Made by a program: the position numbers and the translations under genes. Below the pieces are notes generated by a model. The model worked only from the letters and a program-made list of their open reading frames with translations. It had not been told where the DNA came from and did not search any database. A stretch of DNA of 64,000 nt from an uncultured Candidatus Saccharibacteria bacterium (GTDB taxonomy: Bacteria; Patescibacteriota; Saccharimonadia; Saccharimonadales; SZUA-47), in NCBI GenBank assembly GCA_964419675.1, contig CAYQPN010000001.1:173060-237059 (forward strand), given 5' to 3'. Of this stretch, positions 15,672 to 24,610 are shown piece by piece; position 1 is the first letter of the stretch; each line of letters begins with the position of its first letter.

Positions 15672-18473
15672 TTAAGGGCCCGGTGGAGCTCCCGGAAGAT
15701 TAAATTTAACGTCTCGTGCATCTAGTGATGTGTAGAGGACACTATCAATAACTTGCACACTGACAGTCTTTGTCTCACTGTATATTGAAGTATAGGAAAC
15801 AACATATACTCCTGGGCCTGCTATTTGAATGGAGCCTCCCGGTATTGCTTGGCCGTCAACAGTAAAGTCTAGTTGGCCGGTGAACTTGTCGCTAGACATC
15901 GGATGAGTTCCAGTTCCGACCGATGCTTCTAGGCTATATGAACCATTTCCCAAATCGTAAATTGATAATGCAATAGTCGGCTTTATATCTTCACATTTAT
16001 GAACATCATCTTTATCTTGCCCATTACTACCGGAATTGTAGAAAGGATCTGACGAAAAGCTTAATGCGTCGCCTTCAGAAACTTCTTCTATTGCAAGCGG
16101 AGGCGTACATTCAGTAGAGAGCTTACCTGATACTTTATCTTTAAGAAGTTTTTCACCTTGTTTTACCGAACCTGGCTTTTTATACCATGAAGGGAACAAG
16201 TCTGTGCTAGGGCTAGGTTCTCTTGAGCTAACTCCAACATGCTTAGTCACAACGTATGCAGGCAGTGTCTGCACTCCAGCCGGTTTAACCCTGGCTTCTG
16301 GGGTAAGATTATCGTGTGCACGTTGCATCCATCCGCCCCAAATTGGCTGTGTCATTGTTTCCATAAAACCACGCATAGCAGTTTGGCGGGTATGATTACC
16401 AACCCAAACGCCGGCTGCATACTGTGTAGAAAAGCCCATTAACCAACCATCCTTATTATCGTTTGTGGTTCCTGTTTTAAGTGAAAAATCCCAGCCTTTG
16501 TAGTCATGCATTTTTTTGCTCATATAACTAGCGTTAGGGTCAGACATAATATCGGCAATTATATATGCCGATTCTGCTCTTACAACTTGCTCACCGCTTT
16601 TTGGTTGCCACTCATATAGTTTTCTTTTTTCTGAATCCTCAACACTTAATATATAGGTTTGGGGTATTTTATTGCCATTTCTTGAAATTGTTGAAAATGA
16701 ATGAACATGTTTATCTAAGGATAGAAACGCTCCATCCCCGATAGCAGAGGAGGCGTAACACGGAGCACTTTCACTTAATTCTTGATCGGCGTAGCATTTA
16801 TAGCCACCCACCTTGTGCTCATCATCGTATAGACCTAGTTTATTGGCGGTCTCAATTGTTTTATCGACACCAGCAATTAGCATCGCCTTAATTGCTGGAA
16901 CGTTTCTGGAGCCTCCAAGAGCATACCTAATTGTTATAGGTCCAGGATAATTAAAGTCATAATCCCAAAGACAATTTCCTCCACTCTTTGGCCTTGCTTT
17001 ATTGGTACATGGGTAACCTTCAATTGGGCCCTGAGTATCAAAAAGCACTGAACCTGCACCACTATTTTCAGTATTCTCTAGCAATGCAATGTAATCATAG
17101 GGTTTGAAGCTTGAGCCAGGAGGAAGTGGTTGTTGAGCATAGTTAATCTCACCAGCGCGGTCTTTATTACCAAAATCTCCGCCTCCTACTAATGCTACAA
17201 CTTGGCCCGTTTTAACGTCTTCTGCTACAAACGCTGCGGTGTCTCCACCTTGTCTCTCAATCTGCTTTATTCCATTAGTAACCTCTTCTTCTGCAATCTT
17301 CTGCAAGTTCATATCTAGTGTAGTAATAACTTTCCATCCTCCCTGCGAGTAGGAGTCTTTCTGATCTAACTCAAGCTGGTTCTTGGCCGCTAACACAAAG
17401 TGTGGTGCCAATATGCCGGTATATTTACTGGGATTCCTAGGCACTAACTTCGCAAGGGTATCAATACCTCTAGCTTGATCATGTTCTTCTTGAGTTATCA
17501 TGCCTAAATCTCGCATTACGTCTATTGTGTAGCTCTGTCTACCCAGCACGGCTTCTTTATCAAATGCCGGGCTGTGGGGTGTGTATGTTGGAGGTGATTT
17601 TGGTATTGAGGCGATGAACGCGGATTCGTCGATGGTTAGGTCTTTGGCTGACTTATTGAAGTATGTTCTTGCTGCAACTTCAGCACCATATTCAATAGTT
17701 CCGTACGGGGCAGCGTTTAAATATCCTGTTAGTATTTCATCTTTTGTATAGCTTCGCTCTAACTCGACAGCAATTATGATTTCTTTAATTTTTCTAGAAA
17801 CAGTTTGCTCATCTCTAAACCCAGGTGTTGTTAGCTTAACTAACTGCTGAGTAATTGTAGAGCCGCCTTGGGTTCCTGAACCGCCAAAAGCGTTGTTCCA
17901 GGCCGCTCTTGAAATACCGCGGACGTTAAATCCGGTATGTTCGTAAAAACCCCTATCTTCTAACGCAACTGTTGCCTTTTTAAGATTGTCAGATATCTGG
18001 CTACTTTCTACAGGCACACGCTTGACAGCATCATAATCCTCCCATAAAAGCACTTCTCCTGTTCGGTCATAATAGCGAATGCTGCCTCCTAAGTTATCGC
18101 CAGAAACAGATCTAAGGTTTGGAATGTCCTTTCTAAAGTATGCAAATAGACCGATAAGAAAAAAGAATCCTACAACTATACCAATTCCGGCTATTTTAGT
18201 TGCCATCAATAAACCGTCGCGACTAAACCAGTACTTGTAAACTCTTTTTGGGTTTAGCCTAAACAGAACTCTCTTAATACGAGTTTTAGGCATGCCCTTA
18301 AGACGCTCAGCTTTTCTAAGAGCCTTAGCATCCTGCTTTTCTTTCAATCTTTCGTTTAGTGTTCTGTGTAGCTTAATAGTTTTTCCTGATTTTGTCGTAA
18401 ACCTGCTACCCCTAATACGACTAGAACTAAACTTTTTGGCTTTCAAGGAAGGTTTCTTACCGATAAATGACAT
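15672..18473 (-). CDS. Class A penicillin-binding protein (PBP1A-type bifunctional transglycosylase/transpeptidase)
   Basis: GT51 motifs EDRGFYEH and GGSTITQQ, transpeptidase motifs SSFKP, SRN and KTGTT, a long basic N-terminal tail with a TM helix, and a beta-rich C-terminal extension. Confidence 0.9.
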   Translation of the reverse strand: MSFIGKKPSLKAKKFSSSRIRGSRFTTKSGKTIKLHRTLNERLKEKQDAKALRKAERLKGMPKTRIKRVLFRLNPKRVYKYWFSRDGLLMATKIAGIGIVVGFFFLIGLFAYFRKDIPNLRSVSGDNLGGSIRYYDRTGEVLLWEDYDAVKRVPVESSQISDNLKKATVALEDRGFYEHTGFNVRGISRAAWNNAFGGSGTQGGSTITQQLVKLTTPGFRDEQTVSRKIKEIIIAVELERSYTKDEILTGYLNAAPYGTIEYGAEVAARTYFNKSAKDLTIDESAFIASIPKSPPTYTPHSPAFDKEAVLGRQSYTIDVMRDLGMITQEEHDQARGIDTLAKLVPRNPSKYTGILAPHFVLAAKNQLELDQKDSYSQGGWKVITTLDMNLQKIAEEEVTNGIKQIERQGGDTAAFVAEDVKTGQVVALVGGGDFGNKDRAGEINYAQQPLPPGSSFKPYDYIALLENTENSGAGSVLFDTQGPIEGYPCTNKARPKSGGNCLWDYDFNYPGPITIRYALGGSRNVPAIKAMLIAGVDKTIETANKLGLYDDEHKVGGYKCYADQELSESAPCYASSAIGDGAFLSLDKHVHSFSTISRNGNKIPQTYILSVEDSEKRKLYEWQPKSGEQVVRAESAYIIADIMSDPNASYMSKKMHDYKGWDFSLKTGTTNDNKDGWLMGFSTQYAAGVWVGNHTRQTAMRGFMETMTQPIWGGWMQRAHDNLTPEARVKPAGVQTLPAYVVTKHVGVSSREPSPSTDLFPSWYKKPGSVKQGEKLLKDKVSGKLSTECTPPLAIEEVSEGDALSFSSDPFYNSGSNGQDKDDVHKCEDIKPTIALSIYDLGNGSYSLEASVGTGTHPMSSDKFTGQLDFTVDGQAIPGGSIQIAGPGVYVVSYTSIYSETKTVSVQVIDSVLYTSLDARDVKFNLPGAPPGP

Positions 18474-18604
18474 ATTTCCTACCTGCTACTCCGTTAATAC
18501 ATTCAATTATAGCAATAAACACTCGAATTTAAGCTTTTAGTTTTTGCTTATGATTAATTCAACAAGAGAACAACATTTTATAGCTCTAATTTTCAATATA
18601 GTTC

Positions 18605-18612
18605 TGTATACT
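18605..18612 (+). promoter_or_regulatory. -10 element (TG-TATACT) 7 nt upstream of the tyrS ATG (leaderless-type arrangement)
   Basis: TATACT at 18607-18612 and ATG at 18620, with no Shine-Dalgarno in between. Confidence 0.4.
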
Positions 18613-18619
18613 TATAATT

Positions 18620-19879
18620 ATGGCTAAAAATATGACTTTAAGCGAAGAACTTAAATGGCGAGGATTTGTTCAACAATCTACATATACTGACTTATCTGAA
18701 CTTGATAAGAAAACGAGTGCTTTTTATCACGGCTTTGATGCAAGTGCTGATTCTCAGGCGATAGGCAATTTGGCGGCTATGATGTTCGACAAGGTATTTA
18801 TTCGTCATGGTTGGACGGCGGTATTGCTAGCAGGCGGGGCAACTAGTTTAATTGGTGACCCGGGCGGAAAAGATAAAGAGCGTCCTATCCAAACAGAGGC
18901 AACAATTGCTAAAAATGTTGCAAATGCTGAGGCAGAGTTAACAAAAATCTTTAAAGACGACAAATTCACTCTGGTTAACAATCTTGACTGGACTAAAGAT
19001 ATGAAAGTTCTAGACTTCTTACGAGACATCGGCAAGCACTTTTCTATGACACCTCTGGTACAACGTGACTATATTGCGAAAAGAATTGGTGAAGCTGGAA
19101 GTGGAATCAGCTACACAGAGTTTAGCTACACACTTTTGCAGGGCATGGATTACCTTCATTTGTTTGATAATTATGGGGTAACTCTTCAGCTTGGCGGGAG
19201 TGATCAGTGGGGAAATTGTCTATCGGGAGTCGAGCTTATTAGAAAGGCACGGGGGGCCGAAACTCATGTCATTACGCTACCTTTGATTATAAATAAAACT
19301 ACTGGTAAAAAATTTGGCAAAAGTGAAGAAGGTGCGGTCTGGCTTAATGAGAACAAAACAAGCGTTTTTAAGTTTTACCAGTTCTGGATTAATCTTGGAG
19401 ACGACGGCGTCGAACAGTATCTTAAGGTTTACACGGAGCTAGGTAAGACAGAAATTGACGAAATAATGAAAACACATTCAAAAGATAAGGGGAGCAGAAC
19501 AGCTCAAAAACGACTTGCGCATGCCGTTACTACGATTGTACATGGAAAAGAAAAAGCTAATTCAGTACAACGGGTTAGTGAAGTTCTATTTGGAGACGGT
19601 GACTATAGCAAACTAGACAAAAAAGACTTTGAGGAGCTGGCAGGCGAATTAAAAGTGGTCTCAGCTAAACCAGGCGATGAATTAGTTGAGCTAATAGCTC
19701 AAAGCGGTCTTTCTTCAAGTAAGGGTGAAGCACGACAGTTCTTAAGTAGCGGAGCTATATATATAAATGGTGTTCCAGTCTCTAAGGAAAAAACAACGCT
19801 AGAAAGTAAGGATTTTATCGCAAATCACATTATTTTACGAAGAGGCAAAAACACAACTGTGCTGGTCGCAAACGGCTAA
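18620..19879 (+). CDS. tyrS: Tyrosine--tRNA ligase
   Basis: Class I aminoacyl-tRNA synthetase with KFGKS (KMSKS-type) loop, FYQFWIN and a C-terminal S4-like domain. Confidence 0.9.
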   Translation: MAKNMTLSEELKWRGFVQQSTYTDLSELDKKTSAFYHGFDASADSQAIGNLAAMMFDKVFIRHGWTAVLLAGGATSLIGDPGGKDKERPIQTEATIAKNVANAEAELTKIFKDDKFTLVNNLDWTKDMKVLDFLRDIGKHFSMTPLVQRDYIAKRIGEAGSGISYTEFSYTLLQGMDYLHLFDNYGVTLQLGGSDQWGNCLSGVELIRKARGAETHVITLPLIINKTTGKKFGKSEEGAVWLNENKTSVFKFYQFWINLGDDGVEQYLKVYTELGKTEIDEIMKTHSKDKGSRTAQKRLAHAVTTIVHGKEKANSVQRVSEVLFGDGDYSKLDKKDFEELAGELKVVSAKPGDELVELIAQSGLSSSKGEARQFLSSGAIYINGVPVSKEKTTLESKDFIANHIILRRGKNTTVLVANG

Positions 19880-19903
19880 ATCTGATACACTTCGCAAGCG
19901 AAT

Positions 19904-20674
19904 ATGGAAAAAGTTAACAAAAAACTAGCTAAAGCAGACCAGTACAATGACCCTAATCATAACTATTTGCATTATTGGGATGGTCGAGATTACGAACACG
20001 CCGCTGAAGAAATTGCGATAAGACGTATGTTATCAGGCAAAAAGTTTAAACATGCTGTAGATGTTGGCGGTGGATACGGCAGACTGTCGGTACTGCTAAG
20101 AGAATTCGCCGATAAGGTAACTCTAGCCGAACCGTCTCAACAACAATTAGATATAGCCAAAGATTTTTTGAGAGGAAAGCCTACCGTTGAGTCAAAGTTG
20201 GCTCAAGCAGAAGATTTACCATTTGCTGATTCTAGCGTTGATCTAGTGATGATTATCCGTATAATTCATCACCTTCCGGACCCTATGCCTGCTTTTTCTG
20301 AAATTCATAGAATACTTCAAAAAGATGGATACTTCTTAATAGAATTTGCTAATTATGCTAACTTTAAAAATCGTTTAAAGCATGCATTTAAGTTTAAAAA
20401 ACTTCCACTAGATCCTATTGATATACGAAGTGACGAAAGTAAAAAATCTGATGATATTCCTTTTGTTAATCACAATCCAAAAACAGTCAGAAAACAGCTT
20501 GCTCAAGCTGGATTTAAGTTAGAGAAAACTTTATCTGTCTCAAATTTTCGTTCTCCCGGGCTAAAGAAAGTGTTAAGTAAAAACACTTTGCTTCGCCTAG
20601 AAAAAGCTACTCAAGGGCCTCTTGCTAAATCGCATTTCGGCCCTTCTACTGTTTACCTTCTCCGAAAAGTGTAA
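19904..20674 (+). CDS. Class I SAM-dependent methyltransferase
   Basis: Motif I VDVGGGYGRLS and a post-I acidic residue, giving a Methyltransf_11-like layout. Confidence 0.75.
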   Translation: MEKVNKKLAKADQYNDPNHNYLHYWDGRDYEHAAEEIAIRRMLSGKKFKHAVDVGGGYGRLSVLLREFADKVTLAEPSQQQLDIAKDFLRGKPTVESKLAQAEDLPFADSSVDLVMIIRIIHHLPDPMPAFSEIHRILQKDGYFLIEFANYANFKNRLKHAFKFKKLPLDPIDIRSDESKKSDDIPFVNHNPKTVRKQLAQAGFKLEKTLSVSNFRSPGLKKVLSKNTLLRLEKATQGPLAKSHFGPSTVYLLRKV

Positions 20675-20739
20675 ATAAGGTGTAAATTAAATAAGCTGCA
20701 GATTAGACGATATAGTCAAAACATAGTATAATACAACTA

Positions 20740-21003
20740 ATGAAAACAATGATCCCTGTTACTAGCATTGAAACAATACACTGTGAGGGTAAGGCATCGT
20801 TGGGCAGGGTACTTGGAACTGACCACGCTGGAGGTCAGGTAGTAGAGCCTTATGGTCAGCACGTGATTCTTGACCAAATGGATGGCGCGTCGGATATTTG
20901 CCCAGTTATAAATATTCCAATGGGCGAAAGAACCCCTGCGGATTTTATTGCTGCATGCTACGAAACTCATTGTAGACGCGCTAGAATTAACACAGGTTAT
21001 TAG
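20740..21003 (+). CDS. Hypothetical 87-aa Cys/His-containing protein; coding status uncertain
   Basis: TATAAT at 20727-20732 lies 7 nt before the ATG. It has 4 Cys, 4 His and only 2 Lys. The antisense frame (20737-20970) is also open. Confidence 0.35.
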   Translation: MKTMIPVTSIETIHCEGKASLGRVLGTDHAGGQVVEPYGQHVILDQMDGASDICPVINIPMGERTPADFIAACYETHCRRARINTGY

Positions 21004-21022
21004 ATTATCATATTAGATCGTG

Positions 21023-21031
21023 TGGCATACT
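21023..21031 (+). promoter_or_regulatory. Extended -10 (TGgCATACT) 6 nt upstream of the recG ATG
   Basis: TG at 21023-21024, CATACT at 21026-21031 and ATG at 21038. Confidence 0.4.
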
Positions 21032-21037
21032 AGTTGT

Positions 21038-23059
21038 ATGCCTGAAGTACAGTCATTAAAGGGTGTGGGTGAGAATACAGCTAGTTTGCTGAAAAAGCTG
21101 AACATTAAGTCTGTTGAGGAATTAATTGATTATGTACCAAGGCGTTATGACGATTATTCTAAACTGATTCGGGTAAGTCAGATTAGACCCGGGCCGGTGA
21201 CAATTAAGGTGAAACTTGGTGCGTTAAAAGCTAGATATTCCAAAAGAGGACTGCACATAACTGAGGCAACAGCTTCTGACGAGACCGGAAGTGTCAAAAT
21301 CATATGGTTTAACCAACCCTATAGAGCAAAAGCCATTAAACTTGATGAGCAATATTTTGTTTCTGGTGAATTTGCCGGTAACTACAAATTTTTAGCAATA
21401 ACCAACCCAGCTTGTGAGCTTGTATCTTCATTCCCGGTTAATACGGCGCGCCTAGTGCCACATTACCGTTTAACTAAGGGTTTAGGGCAGACTCAGCTTA
21501 GAAAAGCAGTTAAGAGCGCTCTTCTAACTAATAGAGCAGTTGAAACACTACCAAACTGGCTGCTAGCTCAAGAAAATTTGATAGACAGACACAACGCTTT
21601 AATGCAGATGCATTTTCCTACAACATTAGAAAATTTAAAAAAAGCTCAAGTTAGATTGGGCTTCGAAGAAGTTTTTAGTTTAAGTTTGGCAAGCGAACTT
21701 AATCGCCAAGAGTTTAAGAATGAACATTCATATAACATCGCCTTTAACCAAGAGTTAGTTAAAAAGTTTGTCGATTCTCTGAAATTCAAGTTGACCAACG
21801 ATCAAAGAAAAGTTGCGTGGCAGATATTTAAAGATATGGAATCAGACGCACCGATGAACCGATTATTAGAAGGTGATGTAGGTTCTGGTAAAACTGTTGT
21901 TGCAGTTTTAGCAGTTTTAGGCGCAATGCAGGCAGGTTATCAAGTGGCATTTATGGCTCCAACGGAGATTTTGGCCAATCAGCACGCCATTAACTTAAAA
22001 TTAATGTTAAAAAATGTAGGTTACGATGACAAACTATTACTTCTAACAGGTAGCATGCTAACTAAACAAAAAGAGCTGGCAAGAGAAGCGATTGAATCAG
22101 GAAAAGCCCGAATAGTAGTTGGTACTCACGCAGTAATTCAACAGTCAATTAAGTTTAAGAAGCTTGGACTACTTATTATTGATGAGCAACATCGTTTTGG
22201 AGTTGAACAGCGTAAGGCACTTCAAGCCAAAGCCAAAAAAATGCCCCATGTTTTAAATATGACGGCTACACCAATCCCTCGCAGTCTAGCTTTGACTTTG
22301 TACGGAGAAATGGATGTTTCTGTAATTGCAGAGCTACCTCCGGGTAGAAAGATTGTTGAAACAGACATATGGGTCTTGGAAAACAGGGAACGAGTGTATA
22401 GAGAGGTTGCGTTGGAACTCGATAAGGGCAGGCAAGCGTTTGTTGTTTGCCCTCAAATAGAGGAAACGGATTTATCTAATATCTCGGTTAAAAAAGTATA
22501 TGATGATGTATCAAAAAAGTATCTAAAAAAGTATAGTATAGGTCTACTTCACGGAAAAATGAAAAGTTCTGATAAAGATAAATTAATGCAAGATTTCATA
22601 AATAAAAAGTTTGATGTACTTGTGAGCACAACAGTTATAGAAGTAGGTGTAGACATAAAAAACGCTAGTGTGATGGTTATTGAGGGAGCTGAGCGCTTTG
22701 GTTTAGCACAGCTTCATCAATTAAGGGGAAGAGTGGGTAGAGGTTCTGATGAGTCGGCCTGCCATTTAATTATGAGTGACAATAGCGAGCCCTCAACTAG
22801 ACTCAAGCTACTAGCTCATGAAAGTAATGGGTTTAAACTAGCTGAATATGATTTGAATATGCGTGGACCCGGAGCAATTTACGGTACTATGCAACACGGC
22901 GCGCTGGATTTAAAAGTGGCTAAGTTGACTGATGTTAAGTTGATTGAACGTGCCAGAAACGCCGCCAAAGAGTTTGTAAAAAAGGGTGAAAATCTGTTAA
23001 AATATACTCAGTTGAAAGCGCGGGTGGATAGCTTGCGCAGTATTACAAACCTTAATTAA
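21038..23059 (+). CDS. recG: ATP-dependent DNA helicase RecG
   Basis: Wedge/OB N-terminus and superfamily 2 helicase motifs GDVGSGKT, DEQHRFG, TATPIPR and QLRGRVGRG. I prefer ATG 21038 to the GTG at 21020. Confidence 0.9.
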   Translation: MPEVQSLKGVGENTASLLKKLNIKSVEELIDYVPRRYDDYSKLIRVSQIRPGPVTIKVKLGALKARYSKRGLHITEATASDETGSVKIIWFNQPYRAKAIKLDEQYFVSGEFAGNYKFLAITNPACELVSSFPVNTARLVPHYRLTKGLGQTQLRKAVKSALLTNRAVETLPNWLLAQENLIDRHNALMQMHFPTTLENLKKAQVRLGFEEVFSLSLASELNRQEFKNEHSYNIAFNQELVKKFVDSLKFKLTNDQRKVAWQIFKDMESDAPMNRLLEGDVGSGKTVVAVLAVLGAMQAGYQVAFMAPTEILANQHAINLKLMLKNVGYDDKLLLLTGSMLTKQKELAREAIESGKARIVVGTHAVIQQSIKFKKLGLLIIDEQHRFGVEQRKALQAKAKKMPHVLNMTATPIPRSLALTLYGEMDVSVIAELPPGRKIVETDIWVLENRERVYREVALELDKGRQAFVVCPQIEETDLSNISVKKVYDDVSKKYLKKYSIGLLHGKMKSSDKDKLMQDFINKKFDVLVSTTVIEVGVDIKNASVMVIEGAERFGLAQLHQLRGRVGRGSDESACHLIMSDNSEPSTRLKLLAHESNGFKLAEYDLNMRGPGAIYGTMQHGALDLKVAKLTDVKLIERARNAAKEFVKKGENLLKYTQLKARVDSLRSITNLN

Positions 23060-23088
23060 GATTTTAGGAGATAGATTTTAGATTTTAG
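23060..23088. repeat. GATTTTA(G) heptamer: one copy plus a tandem pair
   Basis: gattttag at 23060-23067, and gattttagattttag at 23074-23088. Confidence 0.7.
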
Positions 23089-23108
23089 ATAAACAGCTTT
23101 TTGCTTAC

Positions 23109-23136
23109 ATCTAATGTCTAACATCTAATATCTAAC
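23109..23136. repeat. 4 x 7-nt tandem array RTCTAAY (atctaat gtctaac atctaat atctaac)
   Basis: Read directly from the sequence. The array ends 1 nt before the TTG start at 23138 and contains a -10-like TAATAT (23126-23131). Confidence 0.85.
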
Positions 23137-23137
23137 C

Positions 23138-23959
23138 TTGTATTCTGGAACTACACTAACCAATAAATCAGGCGCAATAATAGGCACGCATCAAAAGATT
23201 GACCGTGTAGCTTATAAGTATTTACTTGAATTAATAAAGAATCGCAGTGGATTTCCAATTATTAAAGATATTCTTCATTTTGAAGGGAATAACGGACCTG
23301 ACGCGGTAAAAAGGAAAAGCCCAGCGGTAGACGAACCATGGCACTATTACGACCCTTTTGACGAGGATGACACGCAATTATTATTTCTTCTGACAGAGCA
23401 CTATAAAGAATTTGTTCAACAGCTAAAAAGAGGCGAACCAGAACGCTGTGCTTTTGACGCTGCCTGGATTGCTCACGCAGTTGTAGACGGGCTGACTCCG
23501 GCACATCATTTCCCATATGAGCAAAAATTGGCAGAAATTCGTGGGGGTGATAAAGAATCACGAACTACAATAGCTGACAAATTAGTAATGCCCGGCGACA
23601 CTATAAAAGAAAAAATGATAAATAACTGGGCTATGTGGGGTTTTGGAGGTTTAATGTCCTCTCACGGGTTTTTTGAACTTGGAATAGCGGCCGCCGTTGC
23701 AACACTACGTTTTCCGACAGCTAAACCGTCTGATAGTGATATTCAATTAATGCTCGAAATTGGATTTGAAGAATATTTTAAGAGAACAGCTCGACAGATT
23801 GCAATGATGGACATGTATGAAAGTTTTCTGGAACACGGTTGGCGATTAAAATTAATACGAGACATTCGTAATGAACTAATGCCACAAATAATAAAAACAG
23901 TTTGCCTGGTCTGGTATTGTGCAATGCGCGACGCCGGACTCCTTAAGGGCAAGAGATGA
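23138..23959 (+). CDS. Zinc-dependent phospholipase C / P1-nuclease superfamily-like protein
   Basis: 273 aa, with TTG as the only in-frame start. AWIAHAVVDGLTPAHH matches the H-x3-D-x3-P-x-H zinc-ligand spacing of Zn-dependent PLC (HYLGDVNQPMH). No signal peptide is seen. Confidence 0.5.
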   Translation: MYSGTTLTNKSGAIIGTHQKIDRVAYKYLLELIKNRSGFPIIKDILHFEGNNGPDAVKRKSPAVDEPWHYYDPFDEDDTQLLFLLTEHYKEFVQQLKRGEPERCAFDAAWIAHAVVDGLTPAHHFPYEQKLAEIRGGDKESRTTIADKLVMPGDTIKEKMINNWAMWGFGGLMSSHGFFELGIAAAVATLRFPTAKPSDSDIQLMLEIGFEEYFKRTARQIAMMDMYESFLEHGWRLKLIRDIRNELMPQIIKTVCLVWYCAMRDAGLLKGKR

Positions 23960-23964
23960 CAGAA

Positions 23965-23999
23965 CAGTTTCCAGTTTCCAGTTTCCAGTTTCCAGCTTG
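23965..23999. repeat. 4 x 7-nt perfect tandem array CAGTTTC plus a degenerate fifth unit (cagcttg)
   Basis: Read directly from the sequence. It starts 6 nt after the stop of the PLC-like ORF. Confidence 0.85.
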
Positions 24000-24002
24000 G
24001 CT

Positions 24003-24030
24003 TAGCGCCTCACGCCTAGCGCCTCACGCC
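24003..24030. repeat. 2 x 14-nt perfect tandem repeat TAGCGCCTCACGCC
   Basis: Read directly from the sequence. It is conspicuously GC-rich for this genome and is followed by the inverted repeat ttgcaatt-gga-aattgcaa abutting the rsmD ATG. Confidence 0.85.
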
Positions 24031-24053
24031 TATTTTGCAATTGGAAATTGCAA

Positions 24054-24581
24054 ATGAGAATCATAGCTGGGGAGTTTAAAAGTAGAGTATTGAAGAATCC
24101 TAAAGGTCGCCGTACTCATCCGATGAGCGAGAAAATTCGGGGTGCTCTGTTTAATTCTATCGGTGACATTACAGGACTAACTGTGTTGGACGCATTCTCT
24201 GGCTCAGGAGCTGTCGGCATAGAAGCACTAAGCAGGGGTGCTTCTCATGTAAACGCTGTAGAGCTTAGTGCTGATTCTTTTGATATTCTGCAAGCTAATA
24301 GAGACTTAGTCACAGATAGTTCGCGGATGGAAGTTCATAGGGCTAATATTAAAACTTGGCTTAAAAACCAAGAAAATCTTTTTGATTTAGTAATTGCAGA
24401 CCCACCATATGATGCGGTTTCGATGAATGCACTAGAAGTAGTATCAAAATACGTAGAACATGATGGTCTACTGATAGTTTCACTCCCGCCAGCAGAACAT
24501 ATAAAATTCGATGATTTCAAAATAATTGATGAAAAACGCTACGGAAACGCAAAGTTAGTATTTTACAAGAAGTTAAAATGA
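24054..24581 (+). CDS. rsmD: 16S rRNA (guanine966-N2)-methyltransferase RsmD
   Basis: MRIIAGEFKSRVL start, motif I LDAFSGSGAVGIE and the DPPY motif (VIADPPYD). I prefer ATG 24054 to the TTG at 24048. Confidence 0.85.
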   Translation: MRIIAGEFKSRVLKNPKGRRTHPMSEKIRGALFNSIGDITGLTVLDAFSGSGAVGIEALSRGASHVNAVELSADSFDILQANRDLVTDSSRMEVHRANIKTWLKNQENLFDLVIADPPYDAVSMNALEVVSKYVEHDGLLIVSLPPAEHIKFDDFKIIDEKRYGNAKLVFYKKLK

Positions 24582-24607
24582 ATATACGACCTAATCTGGT
24601 CGTATAT
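24582..24607. terminator. Perfect 10-bp hairpin (ATATACGACC-taatct-GGTCGTATAT) between rsmD and tRNA-Leu; likely bidirectional terminator
   Basis: The inverted repeat was read directly. It lies between the convergent 3' ends and has T-rich flanks on both strands. Confidence 0.55.
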
Positions 24608-24610
24608 ATT

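Noticed and set aside
18541-18619. T-box riboswitches upstream of tyrS, hisS or trpS.
   Set aside because: The upstream regions are too short (tyrS and trpS are effectively leaderless). None contains the conserved T-box sequence or a specifier-loop architecture.
23060-24053. CRISPR array or minisatellite-encoded element around the PLC-like gene.
   Set aside because: The repeat units are only 7-14 nt, directly tandem with no spacers, and no cas genes are present. I interpret them as simple tandem repeats.
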